DNA of 59,405 bases, filler included, from Jimgerdemannia flammicorona (Eukaryota), in NCBI GenBank assembly GCA_003990765.1. It is 2 parts of 2 records of this genome, joined end to end, with 100 filler letters (N's around TTAATTAATTAA, not from the genome) between each part and the next. Parts side by side here need not be neighbours in the genome. Positions count along the whole stretch, not along the records: positions 1 to 29,662 come from RBNJ01000480.1; 1 more part is not named here. One strand, 5' to 3'. Positions 13,287 to 24,694 of the stretch are shown piece after piece (within the stretch, counting starts at the first letter, position 1; each line of letters opens with the position of its first letter). The position numbers and the translations under genes are program-made. The notes beneath the pieces were generated by a model. That model ran no database searches. It was not told the DNA's origin and saw nothing but the letters and a program-made list of their open reading frames with translations.

Positions 13287-13806
13287 GAGAAGTATAAATA
13301 TATGTCTAATCATGTTCCTTGCTTACACAGCTCTTTGCCTATACTTACACGTCCATATTTAATTCCTTCTTGTCCAAAAATCTCTTTGCTAGCATGTTTG
13401 GGAAGGCATTATCAAACGCGGCCTCGGAGACAGGGAGATCAACTTCGGCCAGGTTTTCGGCACTGCATGATAAAGGTTAGTGTGTTTTGGACATAAGCAA
13501 AAAGTGAATTATAATCCAACGTTGCTTACTTACTATGTGGTAACGGCACGTCTTACAATAGCGATCTCGTCACTGAGTTTGATGTCGTTATTCTTTTCGA
13601 TGACTTCCGGGGTTAACCTCTCAATCGCACTGATGATATTTTTATTATCTTCTTCATTCGTTATCTAAAAGAGCATGTAATAATATGAGTCAAAAATATT
13701 GTAAAATCTGTAACAAGATAAATATTACCTACCTTCAAAGAAATACAAAACTGCATCTGGTATGTCCGACTCAACTAGCTTTGAAACTTTGAATGATTTC
13801 ATTCCA
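12459..13806 (-). pseudogene. 3' half of an intron-containing host pseudogene (restriction-endonuclease-fold/Crinkler-like family), separated from its 5' half at 28704-29616
   Basis: Exons such as KLEAIIGLRSGGLPMAHHKKIFEDRVDLAVAMRDVLY...VLGMQSW, WTHETYGMDCRATNVLRLGRL...FYALMSDVK and VTLKTICDH...SRP*. GT-AG introns, frameshifts, CpG retained. Confidence 0.6.
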
Positions 13807-15658
13807 TAGAGTGCAGTGGGCTTCTTGTCAGTTGGAGATATTGCAGCTAGAATGAGCCAGGTTATTGGGCTGGGAGGATGTAGAAGACTGGAGACTGGAG
13901 TGTGCCTGATTGGAGGTGGAGGAGTTGAAGAGGTTGTTGAGAAAGGAGGAGGAGACTCATGTGTAGGAGATGACTACTAGGTTAAGGTGGCAGGGGTTGG
14001 AGAGGGTGAGAGATCTTCTAAGTATTTATCAAGACTTCTTCAGGCCCAGAGAGTAAGGCAGAGGTGGGATGGAGTGCTTGATGAGAAGGGCTCTTTGGTG
14101 TTTGAAATGTAGTAGATCTTAGATTCTTTAAAGAAGTGATGGAGAGGTCTATAGAGTAAGAAGGAAGGGGGTGCAGATGAGGAGGCTATCAGATATACTC
14201 TAGAGGATTGATATCCTCCAATGGTAGATAGTATTGGTAATCTGACTCTGCTAGTCCAGGAGAAGGAGATTTTATAGATTTTAGTAGCTATAAAATTAGA
14301 TATAGCTTTGAGCAAGAATGGTCTGTCTTGGGACTTTTAGAAAAAGATAGTAGGGGTCTCAGAGATGTTGGAGAAGATAGCAGTACTTGTAACTTTATTC
14401 TTGTGACTGGAAAGTGAGTTGAGAGAGAGGACCTTAGTCTAGTGGTACTGCTATATAAGGATAAGAGTAGGAGAGAGAATTGGAAAATTGACAACTTATC
14501 ATACTCTTGGATATAGACAGGAAGCTGGTCACAAAAGTGCTTGTTGGGAGACTGCAGAAGATAGTACAACAGGTATTGGGTGAGGAGCAATAGGGTTTTA
14601 TTAGAGGCTAGCTTATTAGAGATAAGACAGAATAGGTATATAATATAATTAAGAAGATAAGAGCTTGTAAACTGAATGAGAGATTGATCTTTCTGAATCA
14701 GAAGAAGGCCTATAATCATATTCAGTAAGTCTGGTTAGAGAAGATATTAGATATAATTAGTATTTCTTATTAATTCTGAGTGTCTATAATCTAACTATTA
14801 AAGAATAGTAGAGTAGTACTTATATATAATAGCTATTATAGTACTGCTTTTTTATTATAGAGGAGAGTTTTTCAGAGAGACCTATTTTTCTCTATTTTGT
14901 ATACTCTATCATTGGAACTATTTATATATAGATAGAATTTGCTATAAAGTAACTAAACTCTTAGTTTTTAATATAATCTAGAAGATTGAGATCTTTGTAG
15001 ATAATATAGTAATTGGTCTAAGCTCTATAGTAGATATAAATATACTATGGGTAATGATAGAATAGTATAAGAAGTACTCTGGGACAAAATGTAACTAGTA
15101 TAAGTATGAGACAATAGTTTTAGATAATAGTTTGATGAGTGGAAACATTATTGGAATAATTTTTCCAGCTAAAGAGACAGTGAGGTATTTAGGTATCTTT
15201 TTATCAGTATATAGCTCTGTTTTGTCTAAAGCTTGATGAGAGAAAAAGATTGGTATCTAGAGAGAGACCCTTCAGAGCTAGAGGGGGCACTATATCTCTC
15301 TGGTAGGCTGAGTGTCAATTCTTAATTTTTATTGATTATTCAAGCTATAGTATCTGGTATATTACTTGGATTTTTCAGCCTAGGTAGTAAAGAGGTTATT
15401 GAAGATAGCTAAAGACTAGATCTAGACTAAGAGATGGTATCAGATAGATTAGAAGGTCTTAGTGATACCTATAGATAAAGAAGGTCTTAATCTGATAGAC
15501 TTTTCTAAATAGTTATATTATCTGAGAGCTTAGTGGTTAAAGAGAACTATTAAGCTATAGGGAGATAAGTGAGTACTACTGATGCAGAAGGTCTGAGAGA
15601 TAAGGTTCTTCTCTAGAAGCTCTTTGAGTGATCTACTATTATTGATTAGCCTAGAGAG

Positions 15659-15764
15659 CATTAAATATTTATAGTATAAGAGCTTCTAATAGAGAGTAAT
15701 AAATGAGACTCATTAAATGCTTATAGTATAAGAGCTTCTAATAGAGAGTAATAAATAAGACTCA
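15659..15764 (+). repeat. ~52-bp tandem duplication inside LINE-A
   Basis: cattaaat(a/g)(t/c)ttatagtataagagcttctaatagagagtaataaat(g/a)agact occurs twice. Confidence 0.85.
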
Positions 15765-16141
15765 TTATATTAATTTGCAATAGTGAGATAATGAGAGAGA
15801 GGTATATTAGAGTTCAGCAATGTAGCAGTAAGATAGGCTACTTTGGGTAAATCTTTACTGATTAAATTTAACATAAATACTGAAGTGAAGTACTAGAGAG
15901 AGATAGAACAGAATTTGTAGTCAGTTGGCTAGTAGATAGCTGAGATCAGCAAAGAGTAGAACTGGACTAGTATTTGGTCCTAGAGTCAGAAAGTATAATG
16001 ATAGCTTTCTCTAAAGTTCTAAGTAGTATAATAATGCTTACTGAAGAGAAATATCATATTGAACTTTTATTTAGAGTCACTTTTTCCCTAGTAATAGAAA
16101 GAGTATAATATATAGAATAAGGTATAAACTATAAGCCCTAC

Positions 16142-18172
16142 TGTAAGAGGGTTGCTTTTTAGGGTAACTGTTACGTAGTTCTGGAAAGGTTTTCTGGATA
16201 TTCTGGATGTTCTGGAAGACTGTTTTCTTATGGTCAAGATCAATTTCATATAGAGTACATCCTCTATACTTATTGATTTCAAGATTGGATTGATGTCTCA
16301 ACCAAAGTCCTTTCTTGGACTAGTTCTGGATGTTCAGGATTTTCTGTATTTCAGGAAGTTCAAGAAACTAAGACCAGCTTAGTTGAATTGGCATATCGCT
16401 GCAGACAATACCCAATTAGGAAATTTCGTGATAGGGTTAGGAGTAGGACCTAACAGGAAGCGGATTTACTTAAGAGTGGTTTGTGGGTTATGGAATAGGT
16501 TTATTCGCTATTCATGATATTGCTATACTAGGAATAGTTGTGTGAAGGGATATTGTGGAGAAGTATTCAGGAATGTTCTTGTGTGTTCGAGTCTGAGATT
16601 CTGAGGTCTGGGGGAGGGGGTATTTATACTAGTGAGGGGCTATCTGGACTATGCTGAATATGGATGTAGTACTAAGTGCCTTGCTGAGTTGGAATGCAGT
16701 CATATAGTACAAGTGTGATCTGACATATCAAGAGATCATCTGACTGCTGAGTCAGTTCACAGTCATGTCATATAAGGCTAATCTATCTATACTATGACTG
16801 CTAGACTATTTATAGGTCATAAGCACTATCTGGGTAGTCTTCGATGACATCACTATTGATTGCATCATCTCTGATGAAGTAGTTATCTAGGAATAATGGT
16901 TTGCGGATTACTTCTTCTTGTTCGCTGAGATAATAATACATTGGAACTTCATCTCCATCCCATAGGATAGCATCATCTGTCTCGTATGCTGGATAAGGTA
17001 TTGGTGGGCAGAGGATGGGTGTATTGTCTTTGCTTTTGTCAGATTCACTGTCTGCATACCTTCTATAGGTTATAGTACTATGAGTCGCGGGGTTGTAGTA
17101 AGCTGGTGGCTGTAGTTCATGTCGCTCATACTCAGGTGGTGGAGTTGTTGGTTCGATCTTGAGGGTTGTCTGGAGGTACAGGTTGTGTTCTCCAGTCTCT
17201 TCATTATAATTGAAGTAATCAGGGGTGAACTTGGGTTGGTATTCGTGCCAGTGGTCATTGTTCCAATAAGTCTCATATGCAGTTATAAACTGTTGTAAGT
17301 TCATCAGCAAGGTTGGTGGAGTGATCAGGGTTGGCAGAGATCCTTGGCTTGAGGTCATGTCAGCATCAGAGGGATCATTGTCTTCTGCTTCATCTTCGTC
17401 GAAGTGGATTATATCGTAGACATCCTTCATGGCATATTCGACTTGAGGCATTTGTAGAATATGGTCATCAGGGTGTGAGAAGGTTCTGTCTGTGGTCTGG
17501 ACATATTCAAGGTACTTGTGGTTGAGTTCTTGTATCATGTCATCGATTTGGCCATAGGACAGGGTAGCAACCATTTCACTAGTAGTGACTCAGAGGTAGG
17601 GAATAAAGGTGTTATACTCATAGAAGAGTTCTCGATGTTTGCGGGTGATGAGCTTCTGGTGTTGAGACATCTGGGTAATATCTGTATCGTGGTGATGTTC
17701 GACCATGTCTTCTAAGAGGCAGCCGATCTGGTAGTAGCTTGATATTTGTCCGATCTGGTGGGCCTCGTTAAGTATATTCAGGGTGTTCCATCGGGCTTCC
17801 ACGAAGTAGAGGGGTGCTAGGCTATGGATATTCATGAGGGGCAGAGGGGGTGTGGCTCAGTTAACAATGGCATTCCAAATGTCAGTGTGGATACAGTTGT
17901 AGATCTCAGTGGTCATGTTTGTGTGTTTGGAAGTTGTGATTATTGTTTGTTTTGGTTTTCTGATTTGACGTGTCTCGGTGCTTGGTATATATGCATTTGG
18001 TCCTGATTGGTAAGGTTCCGTTTGTGTAGATCTTGTGTTCTGTGACTTCATATTGACTCAGCCTTGTGCACTGTGACTTCGGTTTGACTCAGCTTTATGA
18101 TTAAGCAGGTGATTTCCAGATTTGTTCAGAGGTCGCATATAATTTCGGTGGCTTGGAGGTTGTGCACTTACA
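16142..18172 (-). repeat. Family-1 3' LTR (2031 bp)
   Basis: Direct repeat of 24695-26725; minus-strand TATAAATA at 16628-16621 and AATAAA at 16505-16500. Confidence 0.97.
16810..18051 (-). pseudogene. U3-encoded accessory ORF (~410 aa), 3' LTR copy, with two in-frame TGA stops
   Basis: ORFs 18051-17857, 17835-17590 and 17574-16810 share one frame. The TGA at 17590 is CGA in the other LTR. Confidence 0.85.
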
Positions 18173-18173
18173 A

Positions 18174-18186
18174 CTCTCCCCTTCTT
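18174..18186 (-). other. Polypurine tract, family 1
   Basis: AAGAAGGGGAGAG, 1 nt before the 3' LTR. Confidence 0.9.
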
Positions 18187-18599
18187 AGCTTTTGACATCC
18201 TCGTCGGGGCGTTCTAATTTGTTCTAGTGTTGTTACACCATTTGGAAGGTCAAAAGTCTGGTAAGGTCCATTTTCTCAGAAAGTGGCATGCTCATAGTAC
18301 AGTTGCCTAATGCGTTGGATTCACATGTTAAAGAGTCATGTGTTCAATGCCGTGCACCGGAAGTGATTCTGACATCATTCACTGCTGGAGAATTTTCTCT
18401 AAGGAATCTTCTTAAATGTCTACGCCTTGTTTCCCACCAGTGGTATAGAGAGAATAGGCTTGCTTTCAGTTTTTTGCTATTTTTCCAGGGATTCGCTATT
18501 CCTGTCTTATTTTGCTGAGTTCTTGACTTAGTACATGATAGTTATAATATTCAGGAGAGTAATATATAGTATATATAGATAGGTGCAGAGTATTTGGTT

Positions 18600-21500
18600 C
18601 TAGTTGTTCAAGGAATCATATTCCTGAACTAGGTCAGTAGCATTCTGGAGATTGGTCTTGGGTTCCCAGATTGCATTGTGGATCAGGTAACCTTTCCATT
18701 TGACAAGGTACTCAGGATGGTTCTTGTTACTGCGTTTGTTGAGAATCTGCTCAACTTCGTACTCCTCTTGGTCATTAATAATGATAGGTACAGGTGGTTT
18801 GGTGGTCTGGTTTGGAAATAGTTTGTCATCATTTTCATTGTATCGCTTGAGACATTGAACATTAAAGACTGGGTGAATCTTAATGGTATCTGGTAGCACC
18901 AATTTGTAGGAGGTTGGAGAGACTTGTGCAATAACTTCAAATGGTCTAATGAACTTGCTATTTAGCTTTGTGGATGGTCTGTGCTTGAGGTTGTCAACTC
19001 GGTATCCTCTGATGTCTAGTAGAACTTTTTCTCCAATATCAAAAGTTTCTTCTTAGCGGTGTTGGTTAATATACTGTGATTGTTGTTCTTGAGCTAGCAA
19101 TAGATTCTTGATGGCAATCTGGCTTAAATTGCGCATTCGGAGTAAGAATTCTTCAACAGCTTTGACTGTGGAGGGTTCTTCAGTGGTTCAGATAAGTGTC
19201 AATAGGGTGTTTGGATTTTGTCCAGTGTTGGCGAAGAATGGGGTCATTCCAAAAGAGGCTTGCTTGCTATTGTTGTAGGCAAACTCAACTGTGGTGAGGT
19301 GTTCATGCCAATCATCTTGTCTGTAGGAGACATAGTTCCTTAGCATTTATTCCAGAGTTCGGTTCATTCTTTCGGTTTGGCCATTGGTTTCAGAGTGAAA
19401 GACTGTGGATAGTGCAAGTTTTATTCCAAGGTGCGCATGGAGGGCTTTCCAAAAGTGGCTGGTGAATTTCGGATCTCAGTTACTAACAATGATCTTAGGA
19501 AGACCATGATAGTGGAAGATGTTGTCAAACAAGAGTGTGGCTATATCTGGTGCTGTTGCAGTAGTGGTAGTAGGCACAAAGTGGGCTTGTTTGCTGAGGT
19601 AGTCCACAAAGACAACAATTGCATCTTTCCCATTCTTGGTTCAGGGTAGTTGTACAATGAAGTCCATAGAGATTTGTTCCCAATTTGCGGATGGTACTGA
19701 GATAGGGTGGAGTAAGCCAGGTTTTGCTAGTGTTGAGGTCTTGTTTCGTTAGCAGGCATCACAGAAAGTGATGTAGGTTTTGAGCTGATCTGCCATGCAG
19801 GGCCAATAGAAGTTTCGGGAGATAACTTTGTAACATTTATTAAATCCTAAATGTCCAGCTGTAGGGGCATCATGACATTCGAATAGGATAGTCCTTCAGA
19901 GGTCTCGGTTGTTTGGGACATACAGTCTGTCCTTGTAGTAGATAGCATTGTCCTTGAGTTGGTATTGATTGTACCAGATATGCTTGTCAGTATCATCATT
20001 GTTCAGGATTTCTCGGAGTGCTTGAGCTTCCTTATCATCAACACATGCTGCAATGATTTGTTCCATGATAGTATTGGTAACCAAGGTCAGAGTTTGGATA
20101 ACCTCTTCAATTAGTGGTCTGGAGATTGCATCGGCAACAATATTTTCCTTGCCAGGGTGGTACTGGATTTCGTAGTCAAAGTTGGTGAGAACTTTCATCC
20201 ATCTAGCTTGCTTTCGGGAAAGGGTAGCCTGTGTCTTGATGTTGACTAATGACTTGTGGTCGGTTAATACAGTGAAGTGTGCTCCTTCTAGATATGGTCG
20301 CCATTTGATCAGAGTGTCTATGATAGCTAGCATTTCCTTCTCGTAAGTTGCATAGTTGATTTCGGCATCATTGAACTTGCAGGAGTGATAGGCCACAGGG
20401 TGTCCTTCTTGCATGAGCACTGCTCCAAGAGCTAGGTCAGAGGCATCAGTGGTGACTTCATATGGTAGGGCAGGGTTTGCTGCTTGAAGTACTGGAGTGG
20501 TTATCAGGGCATCTTTCAGCGCTTGGAAGGCAGTATCTTGTTCAGATCCCCAATTTACAAGATTGTTGAAGTCTTTCTCTTGTTTCATGGTCCAAGGTTG
20601 TTCTTGTTTCTTACTGTGCTTGGTCATTTGGGTGAGGGCAGTAGCGATTTTAGCAAAGTTGGCAACAAATCACCTGTAATAGTTTGCTAATCCCAGGAAT
20701 GACTGGAGGTCTTTCAGCTTCTTGGGTGTGGGCCAATCTTTGATTGCAGAGATTTTGCTGGGGTCCACTTTGATTCCATTTGGTGTGACAATGTGTCCAA
20801 GGAATTGAATTTCTTTCAGAAGAAATTCGCACTTGCTGAGTTTTGCAAAGAGTCGGTTTTCTCGAAGTTTCAGTAGTACTAGTTCAAGGTGTTCAAGATG
20901 TTCCTCCAGGGTTTTGCTGAAGACTAGGATGTCATCAATATAGATAACAACGAATTTGTCCAGGTATGGATGTATAATGGTATTCATCAGTATCTGGAAG
21001 GTTGCTGGAGCATTAGTTAAGCCAAAGGGCATAACCAGGAACTCGAAGTGTCTATAGCGAGTTCGGAAAGCTGTCTTGTAGATGTCTTCTTCTTTCATAG
21101 CAATTTACCAGTAACCATTTCACAGGTCAAAAGAGCTCATGAATTGTGGGTTGGTGAGCCTATCGAATATTTCATCAATCCTTGGTAGTGGGCAACAGTT
21201 CTTGATGGTCTGTTCATTGAGATCGTGGTAGTCAATGCATATTCACAGGTCTCCTCCTTTTTTGACAACAAAGAGGACTAGTGTACCATAGGGTGATATG
21301 CTGGGTCTGATGAATCCTTGTTCTAAGAGTTTGTCAATTTTCTTCTTGAGTGCATCAATTTCTCTCAGAGACATGTGGTAGATTGACTTGAAGGCTGGTT
21401 TGGCATCTGGGATAGTCTTGATTGCATGGTCTACTGCTCGTTTGGGAGGTAGGCCTTTTGGGAGCTTCTTTGGGAATATGTCTCGGAATCTCTGGAGTAG

Positions 21501-23732
21501 TGGTCTGACACGGCTGTCAACTTTGGAAAAATCTTCTTCAGAGTTCTTGGGTTCTTCTTTGGATGGTCGGATGGAGATGGCAAAGAGAGGGCATTTCTTG
21601 GCCAATTTCTTGAGTTGTAGCTTATTGATGTGGGTGATCTTTAGTCCAGGGTCACTAGAGTTGAGTGAGTCCTTTTCGCCTTGTAGTTTGAAGTTGTGGC
21701 GTCCTTTCTTGATGGTCAGAGAATGGTTTACCCAATTGATCATGGAGTTCTCTTGTTTTAACCATGGAGTCCCAAGGATGATTTCATTGTCAGGAAGTGG
21801 TACGATTTGGAGGGTAACATGTACTCAGTAGTTGCCAATTCGGAAGGGTAGATTGCGGACTTCTTTGCTAATAACATGTGAGGTTCCATCAGCTGTAGCA
21901 ACTGCTTGAGTTTGCTGTACTGGGGAGATGAAGACCTTGAGTCTGTTGGCTGTCTCTTTGTTGATGAAGTTGCCTGAGGCACCACTGTCTATCATAATCT
22001 TGACAGGTGCTCCATTAACAAAAGCCTTAAGGGTGAGTAGTTTGTCTGATCCAATGCTGGTGATTTCAGCTATAGGAGTCTTTCTTCTATTGATTCTTCT
22101 TTGAGCCAGTTCATTGATATAAGAGAAGTAATCATCAATCATTCGGGAAGAGTACATTCCAATACCATGAGGGCATCAGCCACTTGGTATATATCCATCT
22201 TCTATCTTCTTGTAGAATTGTTCTTCTTTGCTCATGGTAGGTTGGGCTGGGGCCTTGTTTGATGAACCAAATCCTTTGGATCCTCGGATGGTGGGCAGTA
22301 GTTCAGGGACTTCCTTGACTATCAGGGTTGACTCGATTTTTTCAAATAGAATCTAGGCAATGCAGAAACCAATAGGGATCTTGAAGGGTATCCAACTGTG
22401 GTTTCGAATGAGGACAATGATTTTGCCTGTATAATCTTCATCAATGACTCCTCCTTCTACTGAGAGTCCTTTCAGCGCTAGGCTGCTGCGACAGCATATT
22501 CTTCCAACATGTCCTTCAGGGATTTGGATACTGATTCCTGTATAGACTTGTTTGACTTCTCGGTTAGAAACTGTAGCTTCTTCAGCTGCATACAGATCAT
22601 ATCTGGCTGCTTTTTGACTTCCTTTGGTTGGGGCCTTAGCAGTTTGTCTTAACTTGACAAAGTCTAGTGTTCTGGTGGTCAGGTTGTTGAGGTGGTGCAG
22701 AGTGGTAACAGTTGCTCATATTGCTGTTTGGGGTTTTCGGTTGGGGTAGGCACTGGCCATGTGTCCTGTCTTTCAGCAATAGAAGCATGCTCCACTTCTT
22801 CGAAGTTTATTCCTTTTGCCTTCAGTAAGTTTCTTGAAGGTACTGGACTGGGTGGGTTCAGGATTTCTGGGTGTCCAAGAGGTGGATGTGGAGGGAGCTC
22901 GGGATGCTTCATGCTTGGGTTCTTCTTTCTTGGTCCAAGTCCTTTCCTTGTTGTTAAATTGCCTTCGGGGCAGAATTGGTCCAGCTGTTAGGATTCGCTT
23001 GACCATGGTCTTGATTCTTGCTAGGCACCATTGTTGGTGATCACAACCAACTGGGCGGCCTTGTTCTCGGATTTTTCTAGTAAGCTATTCAGGCAGGGCA
23101 TCAAATAAATGGTCTGCTCTTGTACCATTTCGTGCTTCGTCATTGGCAATGTATCCTAGGCCAACAGTGTTCAGGAGTGACTCGAGTTTTGTACAGAAGG
23201 TTTTAAATTCTTCTTTGCCATGTACATCGAATTTGAGATTGCGGAGTTTTACTCAAGATTCGACAATTATGGTCTCGCTGCGATATTGAGCAATCATGAG
23301 TTATTTGAGTCCAGGGGCTACAGGATGGGCTCTATATCCTGGGGCATTGTTTGCTGCATTCTGAGCAACTACTGCAGGTCAGGTATCCCATGTGAGAGGT
23401 TTTTCAGGAAGGGTTCGCCACCATTCTTCGGTAGGTCCTTAGAAGAATATAACAACTCAGCAGACATAGGCTGTAGTTGTAGCAAAGAGTTGTTCCAGAG
23501 TGTGGTCTTGATTGTTTGTCAGAATGCAGTCAGCAACTCGTTCATTGGTCCATTAATTGGCTTCAAAGTTGGTGTCAACTACACTAATGAAGCTTTGGAC
23601 TTCTTGTGCAGTACCATTGAAGGTAGGTAGGCTCAGATTTTTGGTAAGTCGGGTCTGTTCGGCTAAGGCAGTAATGGTTGCTGCCATTATAGCTACTTGG
23701 GCTGTGAGATCCAGAATCTGTTGGTTCACCAT
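18600..23732 (-). pseudogene. gag-dUTPase-pol polyprotein, apparently one frame, broken by nonsense transitions
   Basis: Zn knuckle CFYC*KTGHMASAY(C) at ~22750-22790; protease IMIDSGASGNFI; RT KTAFRT...[13 protein letters not shown]...YIDDILVFS; RNase H VTTDASDLALGAVL...YEKEMLAI...TDHKSL; integrase HHCC and ISMDFIVQLP; GPF motif; chromodomain EYEVEQIL...YLVKWKGY...WEP (18600-18770). Confidence 0.95.
22260..22670 (-). pseudogene. dUTPase domain between the Gag Zn knuckle and protease (family 1)
   Basis: All five trimeric dUTPase motifs: AARYDLYAA, RSSLALKG, GGVIDEDYTGKI, CIA*IL, RGSKGFGSS. In frame with the upstream Zn knuckle. Confidence 0.93.
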
Positions 23733-24679
23733 GTTGATTGCTAGAGGTGGTTGGACTGCTGGTAGTGGTGTTACTGGTACTACTTGAGGTACTGGTGCAG
23801 AGTGTAATGGAGTTCTTTGGGTCTGTGTAAGTTGCTGGAGTAGTAGTTGTGGATTTGGAGTAAGGGCTTGATAGATAGCTATTTGTTGCTGTATAGGTGT
23901 ATTCTGTCCTGATAGATGTGTGTCTCCTTCGGTGGTGTATCCGGAATCGAATTCGGTGAGATACTCCTCCTCTTCTTCGGTTTGGTCCCCGTGTAATTGG
24001 GTTTGCTCGGCGTCAAAGTAGATAGAATCAGTTATATATCTGATTTCAGATGGACTTAATTCAAAGTCAAGTTCAGGTTCGGTATTGGTTTCAGATTCAG
24101 GTAGGGCTGTAGTAGGGCCTGCTTCAAGTTCGGGGTCAGGTAGTTGATGAAGGGTTTCTCTTGCTTCTTCCTTAAGAATATGGCAGGCCTTGCTGTTCTG
24201 GAATCGGTAGTATAATGCAGTCTTGGTCCTGGTGTGGTGAAAGTCGGTAGAGTTGAGCCACTTGGCTATAGAGGCTTGGGCTTCATGAGGAACTAAGGCT
24301 AGAAAGACTACTGCTGGTTGTCCTAGGTCGCTCAGATTTGTGGAGCTAACAAAACTCTTGTTGAGAAGAGTAAAGAAGGCTTCAATAAGACCTTCTTCAT
24401 CTTGACTTGCTGGGTGTAGTGCAAGGAGTTCGGTGAATAGGGTTTCACCTATTTGCTGGTTTAACTAGAGTACTTCTTTCTTAGAATGAAGTTTGTCCCA
24501 CTTGTTGCAGGTGTGGAGGTCAAATTGTCCTTGTACGTCAGGTTCAATTCTCTCCAGATTGTCAGATTGTTCAAGATAAATTCCAGTTCAGAGGTTGGGC
24601 TTTATACCAACTTGTAGGAATTCGCAGAGGGGTTTGTAGCGGGGTGAGGAAGCGTCTTGAAGCAGAATTGGATTGTAAA

Positions 24680-24691
24680 CCACTGCTACCA
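24680..24691 (-). other. Primer-binding site, family 1 (TGGTAGCAGTGG; possibly initiator tRNA-Met)
   Basis: Starts 3 nt after the 5' LTR with TGG. TGGTAGC resembles tRNAi-Met 3' ends; host tRNA not available to confirm. Confidence 0.75.
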
Positions 24692-24694
24692 AGT

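Noticed and set aside
16810..18051. U3 ORF as an env gene
   Set aside because: No signal peptide, transmembrane segment or furin-site/fusion-peptide pattern visible, and it lies inside the LTR.
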